Under the pieces are notes generated by a model. That model saw only the letters and a list, made by a program, of their open reading frames with translations. It did no database searches and was not told the DNA's origin. This document shows, one piece after another, positions 34,691 to 43,834 of a stretch of DNA of 64,000 bases. The translations under genes were made by a program, and so were the position numbers. How positions within the stretch are numbered: position 1 is the first letter of the stretch; each line of letters opens with the position of its first letter. This DNA comes from Dehalococcoidia bacterium (GTDB taxonomy: Bacteria > Chloroflexota > Dehalococcoidia > GIF9 > UBA5629): the NCBI GenBank assembly GCA_050011565.1, contig JBEKIW010000002.1, positions 192,001-256,000 on the forward strand. The letters are read 5' to 3'.

Positions 34691-36781
34691 TCACACGCTC
34701 TTCTGCGCTTTAGTGCCAGTCTTGGTAGCGGCGGCGCCGTAGAATCTATACATATCCCGACCCTGCTCCTTAGCCCGGTACATGGCGGTGTCGGCATTCT
34801 TCAATAAGATTTCAATATCCTTTCCATCCTCAGGGTAAACAGCAATGCCGATGCTGGTCGTAATATTGAGCTGGTGACCATCGAAAACAAGTGGCTCTCG
34901 AAAGACATCCAAGATTCTTTGGGCTAACCTGGAAGCATTGGCCGGCTGGCAGACTTGTGGTAGCACCAAAACGAACTCGTCTCCACCGATACGGGCAATC
35001 GTATCGCTCTTACGAGTAACACTTGTCAATCGCTCGGCAACGGCTTTCAGCAACTGGTCACCGACACCATGTCCCAGAGTATCATTAATAGTCTTAAATT
35101 TATCCAAATCGAGCATCAATACAGCCAATCTGTTACCACTGCGCCGTGATAGAGCCAATCCCATGGTAAGACGGTCGCTCAACAATGTTCTGTTAGGCAG
35201 GCCGGTCAGCGAGTCATGTGTGGCCATTTCAGCAATCTTTTGCTCGTACTGCTTATGTTCGGTAACGTCACGGCTGACCGCCCGGAATCCGACAATCTTC
35301 CCCGCCTTGTCCCGCAAAGGAGAAACCGAATTTTCTACGAACATCTGCGTTCCGTCCTTTCTAACGGTGGCAAAAGGATATGATTTCAGCGGCTCGCCTG
35401 TCCGATAGACTTTATTCCAGGCCTTATATACGCTCTTTAAATCCTCTTTGAGCACGTAAGCTCGATAGTTCGTTCCGATTAACTCTTCCTCGGAGTATCC
35501 GAATTGACGACAAGCTGATTTATTGACAAAATTGATATTACCGGCTAGGTCCAGCTCATAGTAGCCTTCCTCTATCTCCTCCAGTATGGATCGATATTTC
35601 TCCTCCGACTGTCTTAAAGCTTCCTCCATCCGCACACGCTCGGTAACATCATGGCTGACTCCACGAAAACCGACTATCTCGCCTTTCTCGTTTCGCATGG
35701 GGAAAGCCGATATTTCAGCGAATCCATGGCTACCGTCTTTTCTAACGAAAGTGGAACTAATGGCTTTGATTGGCTGACCGGTACGGTAAAGCTTCTTATA
35801 CTCTTCATAAATTTTTTGGGATTCTTCAGGCGTGTGGATGGCTCTGGAGTTCATACCTATCAGCTCTTCCATGGTATATCCCAAGCTGCGGCATAAAGCA
35901 TCGTTTACGAAGGTGTAGTTGCCGGCCAGGTCGTTTTCATAGTAATCATCGTGTATCTCATCCATTATGGTGCGGTATCGCTCCTCGGACTTTCTTAAAG
36001 CTTCCTCCATCTGCACACGTTCGGTAACATCATGGCTGACTCCACGAAAGCCTACTATCTCACCTTTCTCGTTTCGCATGGGGAAAGCCGATAGTTCACC
36101 AACTCCGTAACTGCCATCTTTGCGAACGAATTTGGTGGTAAGGGCTTTGATTGGCTGACCTGTACGATAAACCTGGTTAAAGGTCTTATAAATTCTTTCG
36201 ACATCATCACTGGCGTTGGTGACCTTATAGTTCATACCTATCAGCTCTTCCGCGGTATATGCCACGCTACGGCAGAAGGCATCATTTACGAAGGTGTAAT
36301 TGCCAGCCAGGTCAACTTCAAAATAATCATCATGCGTCTCGTCCATGATAGTCCGGTATCTCTCCTCTGACTTGGCTAAGGTCTCTTCCGACTGCTTGCG
36401 TTCGGTGATATCCATAAAGCTTCCCACGGCGGACCGCTTTCCACTATACTCAGTTGAGGTCAACCTCTCCAGAACCCAAATTACCCCGCCGTCCTTTTTT
36501 AGGAATCTGTACTCATAGGGAAAGGAACTTCCACCCTTTAAGCTGTCTATTGCCTTTTTCCTGACTATTTCTCTATCCTCGGGATGAACCAGGTCGAGAG
36601 GATACACACCTAGAAGTTCCGGTTCTGTATAGCCCGTTAGCTCCTGGAATAGTGAGTTAACATACTGAAATCTTCCGTCCTGGATAATATAAATCCCTGT
36701 GCCGGCACACCGCATTAACGCTTGCGCCAGCTCTTCAGAGCCATTCATCCTGGATTTGTTTTGTTTAACCGTCTTTTCCAC
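34691..36781 (-). CDS. Four-PAS diguanylate cyclase
   Basis: Four PAS/PAC repeats; HDSLTGLPNR, DLDKFKTINDTLGH, RKSD I-site, GGDEF. Confidence 0.94.
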   Translation of the reverse strand: MEKTVKQNKSRMNGSEELAQALMRCAGTGIYIIQDGRFQYVNSLFQELTGYTEPELLGVYPLDLVHPEDREIVRKKAIDSLKGGSSFPYEYRFLKKDGGVIWVLERLTSTEYSGKRSAVGSFMDITERKQSEETLAKSEERYRTIMDETHDDYFEVDLAGNYTFVNDAFCRSVAYTAEELIGMNYKVTNASDDVERIYKTFNQVYRTGQPIKALTTKFVRKDGSYGVGELSAFPMRNEKGEIVGFRGVSHDVTERVQMEEALRKSEERYRTIMDEIHDDYYENDLAGNYTFVNDALCRSLGYTMEELIGMNSRAIHTPEESQKIYEEYKKLYRTGQPIKAISSTFVRKDGSHGFAEISAFPMRNEKGEIVGFRGVSHDVTERVRMEEALRQSEEKYRSILEEIEEGYYELDLAGNINFVNKSACRQFGYSEEELIGTNYRAYVLKEDLKSVYKAWNKVYRTGEPLKSYPFATVRKDGTQMFVENSVSPLRDKAGKIVGFRAVSRDVTEHKQYEQKIAEMATHDSLTGLPNRTLLSDRLTMGLALSRRSGNRLAVLMLDLDKFKTINDTLGHGVGDQLLKAVAERLTSVTRKSDTIARIGGDEFVLVLPQVCQPANASRLAQRILDVFREPLVFDGHQLNITTSIGIAVYPEDGKDIEILLKNADTAMYRAKEQGRDMYRFYGAAATKTGTKAQKSV

Positions 36782-37045
36782 TTACGTTATCTCAACAATC
36801 TTTCCATAACTTATCGCTAGATACACTTAATATAGTATATCGCCTACCAGAGCTATAAGTGAATAGCCTATAGGTAATTTTATGTCTAGTAAAAAGGTAC
36901 TACCGACTAAGCTCTGGAGGTAGCCAAACCATAATTTGTATCGTGACTCTTGCAGTCATTTTTTAATCACTCGGCCTATTTGCAATGATAGTTATAAACG
37001 TGTAGAATTTGCGATTGGCAGTTCTTGGCAAAGAAAGGGGGTCAA

Positions 37046-37942
37046 ATGCCTAAGGCAAACGTTCAAGAAATTCCGCTTGTCTGGATACAAGCAGGCACCT
37101 GCACCGGATGCTCAGTCTCAGTCCTCAATTCAGTCAGCCCGACCATCAAGAATGTCCTTATAGATGAAATTATCCCTGGTAAACACCTAAACCTGAAATT
37201 CCAGGCAACCGTAATGGCCGGCGAAGGGGACGCCGTAATTAAGGTGCTGGAAAATACGCCAAAGACAAATAAAGGTGGCTATGTCCTAATAGTCGAAGGC
37301 GCCATCCCCACCAAGGATGGCGGTGCTTATGGGTCACTTGGTGAGAAAAACGACAAACCGGTGCCCATGGCAGAGAGAGTAGAAGCATTAGCCAGGGATG
37401 CCCTGGCAATCGTGGCACTGGGCACCTGCGCTACCTTCGGCGGTATAGCTGCCGGCAAGCCTAATCCCGGTGGCTATGTGGGTGCGGAAAAATTCCTTAA
37501 ATCCCGCAATATAAACAAGCCGTTGATTAATATCGCCGGCTGTCCACCCCACCCCGATTGGTTCATAGGCAGCGTCGCCTCCGTACTGCTTCTCGGTTTG
37601 CCCAAGCCGGAAGACCTGGACGAGCTTAAACGTCCCAAGGTCTTCTATGGCAATTTAATCCACGAAAATTGCCCCAGAAGAGCCTACTTCGATGAAGGAA
37701 AATTTGCTAAAAAGTTCGGCGAACCGGGCTGCCTCAATGAGCTGGGCTGTAAGGGACCGGTTACGCATGCCGATTGCCCGCTGAGGAAGTGGAATCACGG
37801 AACAAACTGGTGCATCGATGCCGGTTCGCCGTGCATCGGCTGCTGTGAGCCCGGATTTCCCGATCTGGTGGCTCCCGTCTATCAGAAATTAAGCGATGCC
37901 AACATGCCCATGATAGGTAAACTCCCGGGAAAGGAGAAATAG
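37046..37942 (+). CDS. [NiFe]-hydrogenase small subunit, group 1a/HysB-like, no Tat signal
   Basis: RBS aaggggg; CTGCS, GTCATFGG, GCPPHP, HENC, CLNELGCKGP, WCIDAGSPCIGC (Cys at medial site, i.e. [4Fe-4S]). Confidence 0.92.
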   Translation: MPKANVQEIPLVWIQAGTCTGCSVSVLNSVSPTIKNVLIDEIIPGKHLNLKFQATVMAGEGDAVIKVLENTPKTNKGGYVLIVEGAIPTKDGGAYGSLGEKNDKPVPMAERVEALARDALAIVALGTCATFGGIAAGKPNPGGYVGAEKFLKSRNINKPLINIAGCPPHPDWFIGSVASVLLLGLPKPEDLDELKRPKVFYGNLIHENCPRRAYFDEGKFAKKFGEPGCLNELGCKGPVTHADCPLRKWNHGTNWCIDAGSPCIGCCEPGFPDLVAPVYQKLSDANMPMIGKLPGKEK

Positions 37943-37945
37943 AAA

Positions 37946-39505
37946 TTGAGCAAGATTGTTGTTGACCCGGTCACCCGCCTCGAAGGTCACTATAAGGTTG
38001 AAGTTGTCACCGATAAAGGCGTGGTCAAAGAAGCTCACAGTTCAGGCATGATGTTCCGTGGCCTCGAAATAATACTCCGGGGAAGAGACCCGCGCGATGC
38101 CCAAATGTATACACAGCGTATCTGTGGAGTCTGCCCTACCAGCCATTCCACGGCTGCCACGCTTAACCTCGACAGCGCTTTCGGTCTCGCCGATAAGATA
38201 CCCGACAACGGACGTATTATCCGTAACCTCATATTGGGAGCGGCGCATGTTTCCGACCACATTCTTCACTTCTATCACCTGGCAGCTCTCGATTACGTGG
38301 ATGTTACCAAGATACTCAAATACGAGGGCAATGACCCAAGTTTGAACTCTGTCAAGGAATTTGCCCAGCGAGGAGAGCTGGCTCCATTTGTACCTCGATA
38401 TGAAGGTGACTACCGCTTAAGCGATAAGGTGAATATAGGCGCACTGGCTCATTATATTCAAGCTCTGGAGATGAGACGCAAGGGTCAGGAGATGCTGGTT
38501 ATCTTCGGCGGCAAGATGCCTCATAATATGGCTATCGTCCCCGGCGGAGTTACTTCAACCGTCACCGTGGATAAAATAGCCTCTTTCCTGTGGATGCTCA
38601 ATGAGCTCAGGGATTTCGTCGATAATGTTTATATTCCCGACGTCCTGGCCGTGGCCGAAGCCTATGCCGACTATTTCGAAATCGGCGCCGGCTGCGGCAA
38701 TCTACTGTCTTACGGAAGCTTCGACCTCGAAGGTAATAATCCCGATTACACCAAGAGGAAGAGGCTTATGAAGCAGGGGACGGTTTCAACTGACCTTAAG
38801 CTCGGTGCTCTAGACCCGAACAAGATTATGGAATATGTAAAGCATTCCTGGTATGCCGATTCCAGCACCGGCAAGCACCCGTCAAAAGGCGCGACGGAGC
38901 CTCAACTGGAAAAGAAAGGCGCCTACACCTGGGTGAAAGCTCCGCGATACGACGGCAAGGTATATGAAGTCGGCCCGCTGGCCCGTATAGCAGCTAGTTA
39001 TGCCGACGGAGAGCCAACGGTTAAAACGCTGGTCGACTCTGTTCTTTCGAAGTTTAAGGCCAGCCCCAAGGCTTTATTCTCAGTGCTCGGTCGCCATGCC
39101 GCCCGTGCCCTCTATACCAAGTTTCTGGCTGATACAATGCCCGGGTGGCTGCTCCAGCTAAAGCCGGGTGAGCCGGCTTACATAGACTACACCATACCCG
39201 ACGAAGCCTTTGGAATGGGATTAGTTGATGGTGCCAGAGGTGCTCTGGGGCACTGGATTGAGATAAAGGATAAGAAAATTGCCAATTACCAGTGCGTGGT
39301 GCCAAGCACCTGGAATATGTCGCCGAAAGACGACAACGGACAGCCCGGACCGGTAGAACAAGCCCTTATCGGCACCAAGATAAAGGATGAAAATAATCCT
39401 TTTGAGATCGGTCGCATTATCCGCTCCTTCGACCCCTGTCTGGCTTGCGCCATTCATGTTATTACGCCCAAAGGAAAAACTCTTGGAATATACAAAGTCA
39501 GTTGA
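37946..39505 (+). CDS. [NiFe]-hydrogenase large subunit, group 1a/HysA-like (Cys form)
   Basis: DPVTRLEGH, L1 RICGVCPTSH, HILHFYHL, ARGALGHW, L2 SFDPCLACAIH plus cleavable tail. Confidence 0.94.
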   Translation: MSKIVVDPVTRLEGHYKVEVVTDKGVVKEAHSSGMMFRGLEIILRGRDPRDAQMYTQRICGVCPTSHSTAATLNLDSAFGLADKIPDNGRIIRNLILGAAHVSDHILHFYHLAALDYVDVTKILKYEGNDPSLNSVKEFAQRGELAPFVPRYEGDYRLSDKVNIGALAHYIQALEMRRKGQEMLVIFGGKMPHNMAIVPGGVTSTVTVDKIASFLWMLNELRDFVDNVYIPDVLAVAEAYADYFEIGAGCGNLLSYGSFDLEGNNPDYTKRKRLMKQGTVSTDLKLGALDPNKIMEYVKHSWYADSSTGKHPSKGATEPQLEKKGAYTWVKAPRYDGKVYEVGPLARIAASYADGEPTVKTLVDSVLSKFKASPKALFSVLGRHAARALYTKFLADTMPGWLLQLKPGEPAYIDYTIPDEAFGMGLVDGARGALGHWIEIKDKKIANYQCVVPSTWNMSPKDDNGQPGPVEQALIGTKIKDENNPFEIGRIIRSFDPCLACAIHVITPKGKTLGIYKVS

Positions 39506-40001
39506 GACACGAACGCGTCATAGCAGCCCGAGAATCACCATTCTGGGCATCGGCAACCTGCTACTCAAAGACGAAGGTATAGGCGTCCACCTGGTTCAAA
39601 AACTGGCTGGCGTTGTAGACAACGCTAATGTCAATATAATCGACGCCGGCACTTATCCCGACTTTCTGTCTCTGGTAGATGACAATTTAGACAAATTAAT
39701 CATTGTAGACGCTGTTAAAACCGGAGATAGGCCGGGAACTATATATCGATTCGGCTCCGATGACCTAGATTTAGATTCCACGCTGCCGGTTTCGGCACAC
39801 GATATGGGCGTATTAGATAGTCTAAAAACGATGGCTTTACTCAATAGACAGCCAAAATCAACAGTCATTATCGGCATCGAGCCCAGGACCATAGACTTCG
39901 GGCTTGACCTTTCCCCGGAAATTGAAGATAAACTACCCAAAATTATTAGTTTAGTTCTCAAGGAGATAGAGGAAACCACAGCTATGGAGGTAGACAAATG
40001 A
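39483..40001 (+). CDS. Hydrogenase maturation endopeptidase (HyaD/HybD family)
   Basis: ILGIGNLLLKDEGIGV, IIDAGT, IIVDAV, SAHD; probable TTG start after aagga. Confidence 0.92.
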   Translation: MEYTKSVETRTRHSSPRITILGIGNLLLKDEGIGVHLVQKLAGVVDNANVNIIDAGTYPDFLSLVDDNLDKLIIVDAVKTGDRPGTIYRFGSDDLDLDSTLPVSAHDMGVLDSLKTMALLNRQPKSTVIIGIEPRTIDFGLDLSPEIEDKLPKIISLVLKEIEETTAMEVDK

Positions 40002-40684
40002 TAATCTCTGAATTAAAGCCGCTTCCGGAAATCTTAGGTTATTTAGACAAGGACAAGAAAATCTTTATAGCCGGCTGCAAAGGTTGTGCCGAGGTCTGCC
40101 AGACGGGGGATGAGCCTCAGGTCCTCGACATGAAACAGAAACTGGAGCAAGAAGGCAAGACAGTCACCGGCCACTGCGTTGTCGATTTCCTGTGTGATAA
40201 AGCTCTAATCAAGACCAGGCTGTTTCCCCATGAGGATGAGATAGATGCTGCCGATTCTCTGCTGGTAATGACCTGCGGTATCGGAGTCCAGGCAACAGCG
40301 GCTGTGGTGAACAAACTGGTACATCCGGCGGCTAACACCATCAATGTCGGCGGTGCCGGTGGGACGTGGCGGGGCAGCGAGCGCTGCCGTGAATGCGGCG
40401 ACTGCGTGCTGGATTTAACCGGTGGCATTTGCCCCTTGACTGCCTGCACCAAATGGCTCGTCAACGGACCTTGCGGCGGTGCTAAAAATGGCAAGTGTGA
40501 GGTTGAACCCGATGTACGTGACTGCGGCTGGCACCTTATTTACGAAAGGCTGAAAAAATTGGGCCAGTTGGACAAAATGCGAACAATCATGCCGGTGGTC
40601 AAGAACTACAGCAAAATGCAACCGCCGAAGGCGCTAAGGTCCACCATAATGTGGGCGCTGGAGCAGCAAGAAACAAAAGTTTAG
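39998..40684 (+). CDS. metV: Methylene-THF reductase Fe-S/Zn subunit MetV
   Basis: GCKGCAEVC, MTCGIG, CRECGDC...ICPLTACTK...NGPCGG...CEV...CGW; 4-nt overlap with protease gene. Confidence 0.92.
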   Translation: MIISELKPLPEILGYLDKDKKIFIAGCKGCAEVCQTGDEPQVLDMKQKLEQEGKTVTGHCVVDFLCDKALIKTRLFPHEDEIDAADSLLVMTCGIGVQATAAVVNKLVHPAANTINVGGAGGTWRGSERCRECGDCVLDLTGGICPLTACTKWLVNGPCGGAKNGKCEVEPDVRDCGWHLIYERLKKLGQLDKMRTIMPVVKNYSKMQPPKALRSTIMWALEQQETKV

Positions 40685-40710
40685 CTATCCTTAAAGGAGG
40701 TAAACAGAGA

Positions 40711-41577
40711 ATGAGTCTGCGTGAAAAACTTCAGAACGGCAAGTTTATAGTCACCGCTGAAATCGGCCCGGCTAAAGGTGTAGACATACACGAGTTCAAC
40801 GAGAATGCCGACTTGCTTAAAAGCAGAGTAGATGCGGTTAATTGTACCGACCAGCAGAGTGCTGTAATGAGATTGGGGTCACTTGCCGCCTGCTACCTGC
40901 TCAAACAAAAAGGCGTCGAGCCTGTGTTCCAGATGACCTGCCGGGACCGCAACCGCATCGCACTGCAGTCAGACTTACTTAGCGCTTACGTTATGGGTGT
41001 TGAAAATGTTCTGTGTCTTACCGGAGACTATGTCACCTTAGGAGACCATCCTGACGCCAAACCTGTCTTCGACCTCGATTCCGTTTCCTTACTGTATGCC
41101 GCCCGACAATTAGAACAGGGCAAAGACCTTGCCGGCAAGGAGCTAAAAGGCACACCTAAATTCTTCCTCGGCGCCTGCGTCACTCCCGGTGCCGACCCTG
41201 TGGAACCGCAGCTTATCAAAATGGAGAGAAAGGTAAAGGCCGGTGCCCAGTTCTTCCAGACCCAGGCCATCTACGAGCCAAAAACCTTCGAAGCCTTCAT
41301 GAAAGAAGCTAAGAAATTCGGCGTGCCGATTTTAGTCGGTATCGTGGTGCTAAGGTCAGCCGGTATGGCCAAATTTATGAATAAAAACGTTGCCGGCATA
41401 CATGTCCCCGATGAGCTTATCAACGAGATGGACAAAGCCGAGAACAAATTGCAGAAGGGCGTAGAGATAGCCGCCCGCTTAATCAATGAGATGAAGGGCA
41501 TGTGCCAGGGGGCTCATATCATGGCTATCGGCCTGGAATCGAAGGTGCCTGCAATTCTCGATGCCGCTAAGTTATAA
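40711..41577 (+). CDS. metF: Methylenetetrahydrofolate reductase
   Basis: RBS aaggagg; VTAEIGP, QMTCRDRNRIALQS, LTGD, GAQFFQTQ, GAHIM. Confidence 0.95.
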   Translation: MSLREKLQNGKFIVTAEIGPAKGVDIHEFNENADLLKSRVDAVNCTDQQSAVMRLGSLAACYLLKQKGVEPVFQMTCRDRNRIALQSDLLSAYVMGVENVLCLTGDYVTLGDHPDAKPVFDLDSVSLLYAARQLEQGKDLAGKELKGTPKFFLGACVTPGADPVEPQLIKMERKVKAGAQFFQTQAIYEPKTFEAFMKEAKKFGVPILVGIVVLRSAGMAKFMNKNVAGIHVPDELINEMDKAENKLQKGVEIAARLINEMKGMCQGAHIMAIGLESKVPAILDAAKL

Positions 41578-41592
41578 AGTTAAGGGGCAGAT

Positions 41593-42369
41593 GTGCGCAT
41601 CGTTCGCTTTGTGGCCTGGGGGCGAGCTAAGTACGGTATATTAGCCCGCAACACCATACGCGGACTCCGCGGCAGCCCTTTCTCTCACTTTCAGTATCTA
41701 AATAGCCCATCTATATTTGACGGCAGCACTTACACGCTGGATAAGGTCAGATTGCTTCCCCCGTGCCTTCCCTCAAAGATTGTCTGCCTGGGATTGAATT
41801 ATCGCAGCCACATCGAGGAGATGAAACTGCCTATGCCGTCAGTGCCGCTCATCTTCCTTAAGCCCTCCACCGCAGTTATCGGCCCCGACGACAAAATCAT
41901 ACTGCCCCGCGGCTGGAAACGCATCGACTATGAAGGCGAGCTGGGTGTAGTTATCGGCAAAAAGGCAAAGGATGTTCCAGAAGGGGAAGCAAAGGAATAT
42001 GTGCTGGGCTACACTTGTTTTAACGATGTATCCGACCGACATGCCCAGGCGAATGATGGCCAGTGGACCAGAGCTAAAGGCTATGACACCTTCGCCCCAA
42101 TAGGTCCGTGGATAGAGACGGAGGCCGATCCGGACAATCTGAAACTTGAGACTTACCTTAACAGCGAGCTGCGCCAGTCAGCTTCTACCAGCGACCTGCT
42201 TTTCGGAATATCTACGCTTATTAATTTTATTTCCGGTATTATGACGCTGCTCCCCGGCGATGTCATTGCCACAGGCACGCCATCAGGCGTCAGCCCGCTA
42301 AAGCCGGGCGACATGGTTGAAGTCAGAATAGAAAACATCGGCACGCTGAAAAATTTTGTAGCCATCTAA
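41593..42369 (+). CDS. Fumarylacetoacetate hydrolase family protein
   Basis: KIVCLGLNY, FLKP, DYEGEL, NDVS, KGYDTF, GDVIATGTPSG. Confidence 0.92.
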   Translation: MRIVRFVAWGRAKYGILARNTIRGLRGSPFSHFQYLNSPSIFDGSTYTLDKVRLLPPCLPSKIVCLGLNYRSHIEEMKLPMPSVPLIFLKPSTAVIGPDDKIILPRGWKRIDYEGELGVVIGKKAKDVPEGEAKEYVLGYTCFNDVSDRHAQANDGQWTRAKGYDTFAPIGPWIETEADPDNLKLETYLNSELRQSASTSDLLFGISTLINFISGIMTLLPGDVIATGTPSGVSPLKPGDMVEVRIENIGTLKNFVAI

Positions 42370-42451
42370 AAGTAACCAGTTCACGCTATGTTCTGCTCCA
42401 TGACACCTGATATACTTATCCTTTGGACGGCGAACCACAGATAGTCGGAGG

Positions 42452-43108
42452 TTGGATATGAACTTAACTTTAATTGAGGCGCTGACTATTGGAGATGCCT
42501 GGTTCCAGTGTCTGGAAAAGGCTCTGGTAGAAGGCAGGACATATCGTATACAGCAGGGCAGTTTCGAGGGTACACATCGGAAAGAAATACCTCTAGTCGC
42601 TATCATAATTCGCAACCCTGGCGTCAGACCATTGAGACCTGATGTACCCATGGGGGTGCCGGCACCTACGACGGATGAGGTCATCCACGACTATATGTCA
42701 TATTTGATGACCGGTGCCAAACAGGAGAATGAAGAGTACACCTATGGCGAGGACCTGGCGCCACAAATCGATGAGGTAATCAAGCGCTATAAGCGGGGAG
42801 TGGATACCAACCAGATGTGCATGACGATCGGCAACAGGAAAAGCATTAAGTTAAAAGACCCGCCGTGTTTAAGAGTGGTGGACACCCGCGTTCAGGACGG
42901 CCAGCTCAATTTCGTTCTTTACTTCAGGAGCTGGGATTTATGGGGTGGCTTCCCTACCAATATGGGCGGATTGCAAATGCTGAAAGAATATATGGCCGAG
43001 GAGATCGGTGTAAAAGATGGCTCCCTTATTGCCTTCAGTAAAGGGCTTCATTTATACGAGCATTGCTGGGACCTGGCCAAAATGGTACTGCATATGCCAC
43101 CGGAATGA
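42452..43108 (+). CDS. thyA: Thymidylate synthase, short (archaeal-like) ThyA
   Basis: YTYG, DPPCLR (catalytic Cys), YFRSWD, PTN, LHLYE; only about 216 aa. Confidence 0.8.
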   Translation: MDMNLTLIEALTIGDAWFQCLEKALVEGRTYRIQQGSFEGTHRKEIPLVAIIIRNPGVRPLRPDVPMGVPAPTTDEVIHDYMSYLMTGAKQENEEYTYGEDLAPQIDEVIKRYKRGVDTNQMCMTIGNRKSIKLKDPPCLRVVDTRVQDGQLNFVLYFRSWDLWGGFPTNMGGLQMLKEYMAEEIGVKDGSLIAFSKGLHLYEHCWDLAKMVLHMPPE

Positions 43109-43186
43109 ACAATCTAGCTTAATCTTCGGCTGGTAAATTCCACATTACAGCAGTTAGCGAACAGGATTCTAGGGTACCAAGGAAAA

Positions 43187-43768
43187 ATGCCGGAAGGTCA
43201 TTTCGATACGAATAGGGCACCGATTCTCGACAGTGAAGAACGTATCAAAGAGCTGAGACCTTACCAACTCCTCAAGGACACGGCCGGAGTTACTTCCGGC
43301 ATGACCTGCATAGACCTCGGCTGCGGTACCGGAACTTTTTCCTTCCCTATGCTTCTCTGCGTCGGCAGTGAAGGTGTTGTCTATGCCATTGATGACAGTG
43401 CTGAAATGCTGGAGCATATTCGAGCCAAGAATCCGCCGCCAAATCTGATACTGGTTCATGGCGATGTCAGCCAAACGGGGCTTGATAATGAGATTGCCGA
43501 TTTTTGTCTTCTGGCTTTCATCATGCACGAAGTCGAACAGCCGGCTAATCTCCTGGCCGAGGTATTTCGCCTGCTTAAGCCTGAAGGCAGGCTTTTAGTA
43601 ATAGAGTGGAAAGCCGATTTAGATTCGCCAGGCCCTCCACAAAGTAGGCGTCTATACAGAGAAACCGTTGACCAGCTTTTCAAGCAGGCGGATTTACGCG
43701 ATTTCGAATACATCGACTGGTCCAAGAACCACTACGTGACAACGGGCAGCAAAATGAGAACCGATTAG
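43187..43768 (+). CDS. Class I SAM-dependent methyltransferase
   Basis: IDLGCGTG, VYAID, RLLKPEG. Confidence 0.9.
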   Translation: MPEGHFDTNRAPILDSEERIKELRPYQLLKDTAGVTSGMTCIDLGCGTGTFSFPMLLCVGSEGVVYAIDDSAEMLEHIRAKNPPPNLILVHGDVSQTGLDNEIADFCLLAFIMHEVEQPANLLAEVFRLLKPEGRLLVIEWKADLDSPGPPQSRRLYRETVDQLFKQADLRDFEYIDWSKNHYVTTGSKMRTD

Positions 43769-43834
43769 GCAGCGTCAGCACATTAAGCACCCGGGCAAAC
43801 AACAAATAGCTCTATTCAAGCATTGGACTGCGAT

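Noticed and set aside
37946-39505. [NiFeSe] hydrogenase
   Set aside because: L2 codon is TGT (Cys); no in-frame UGA
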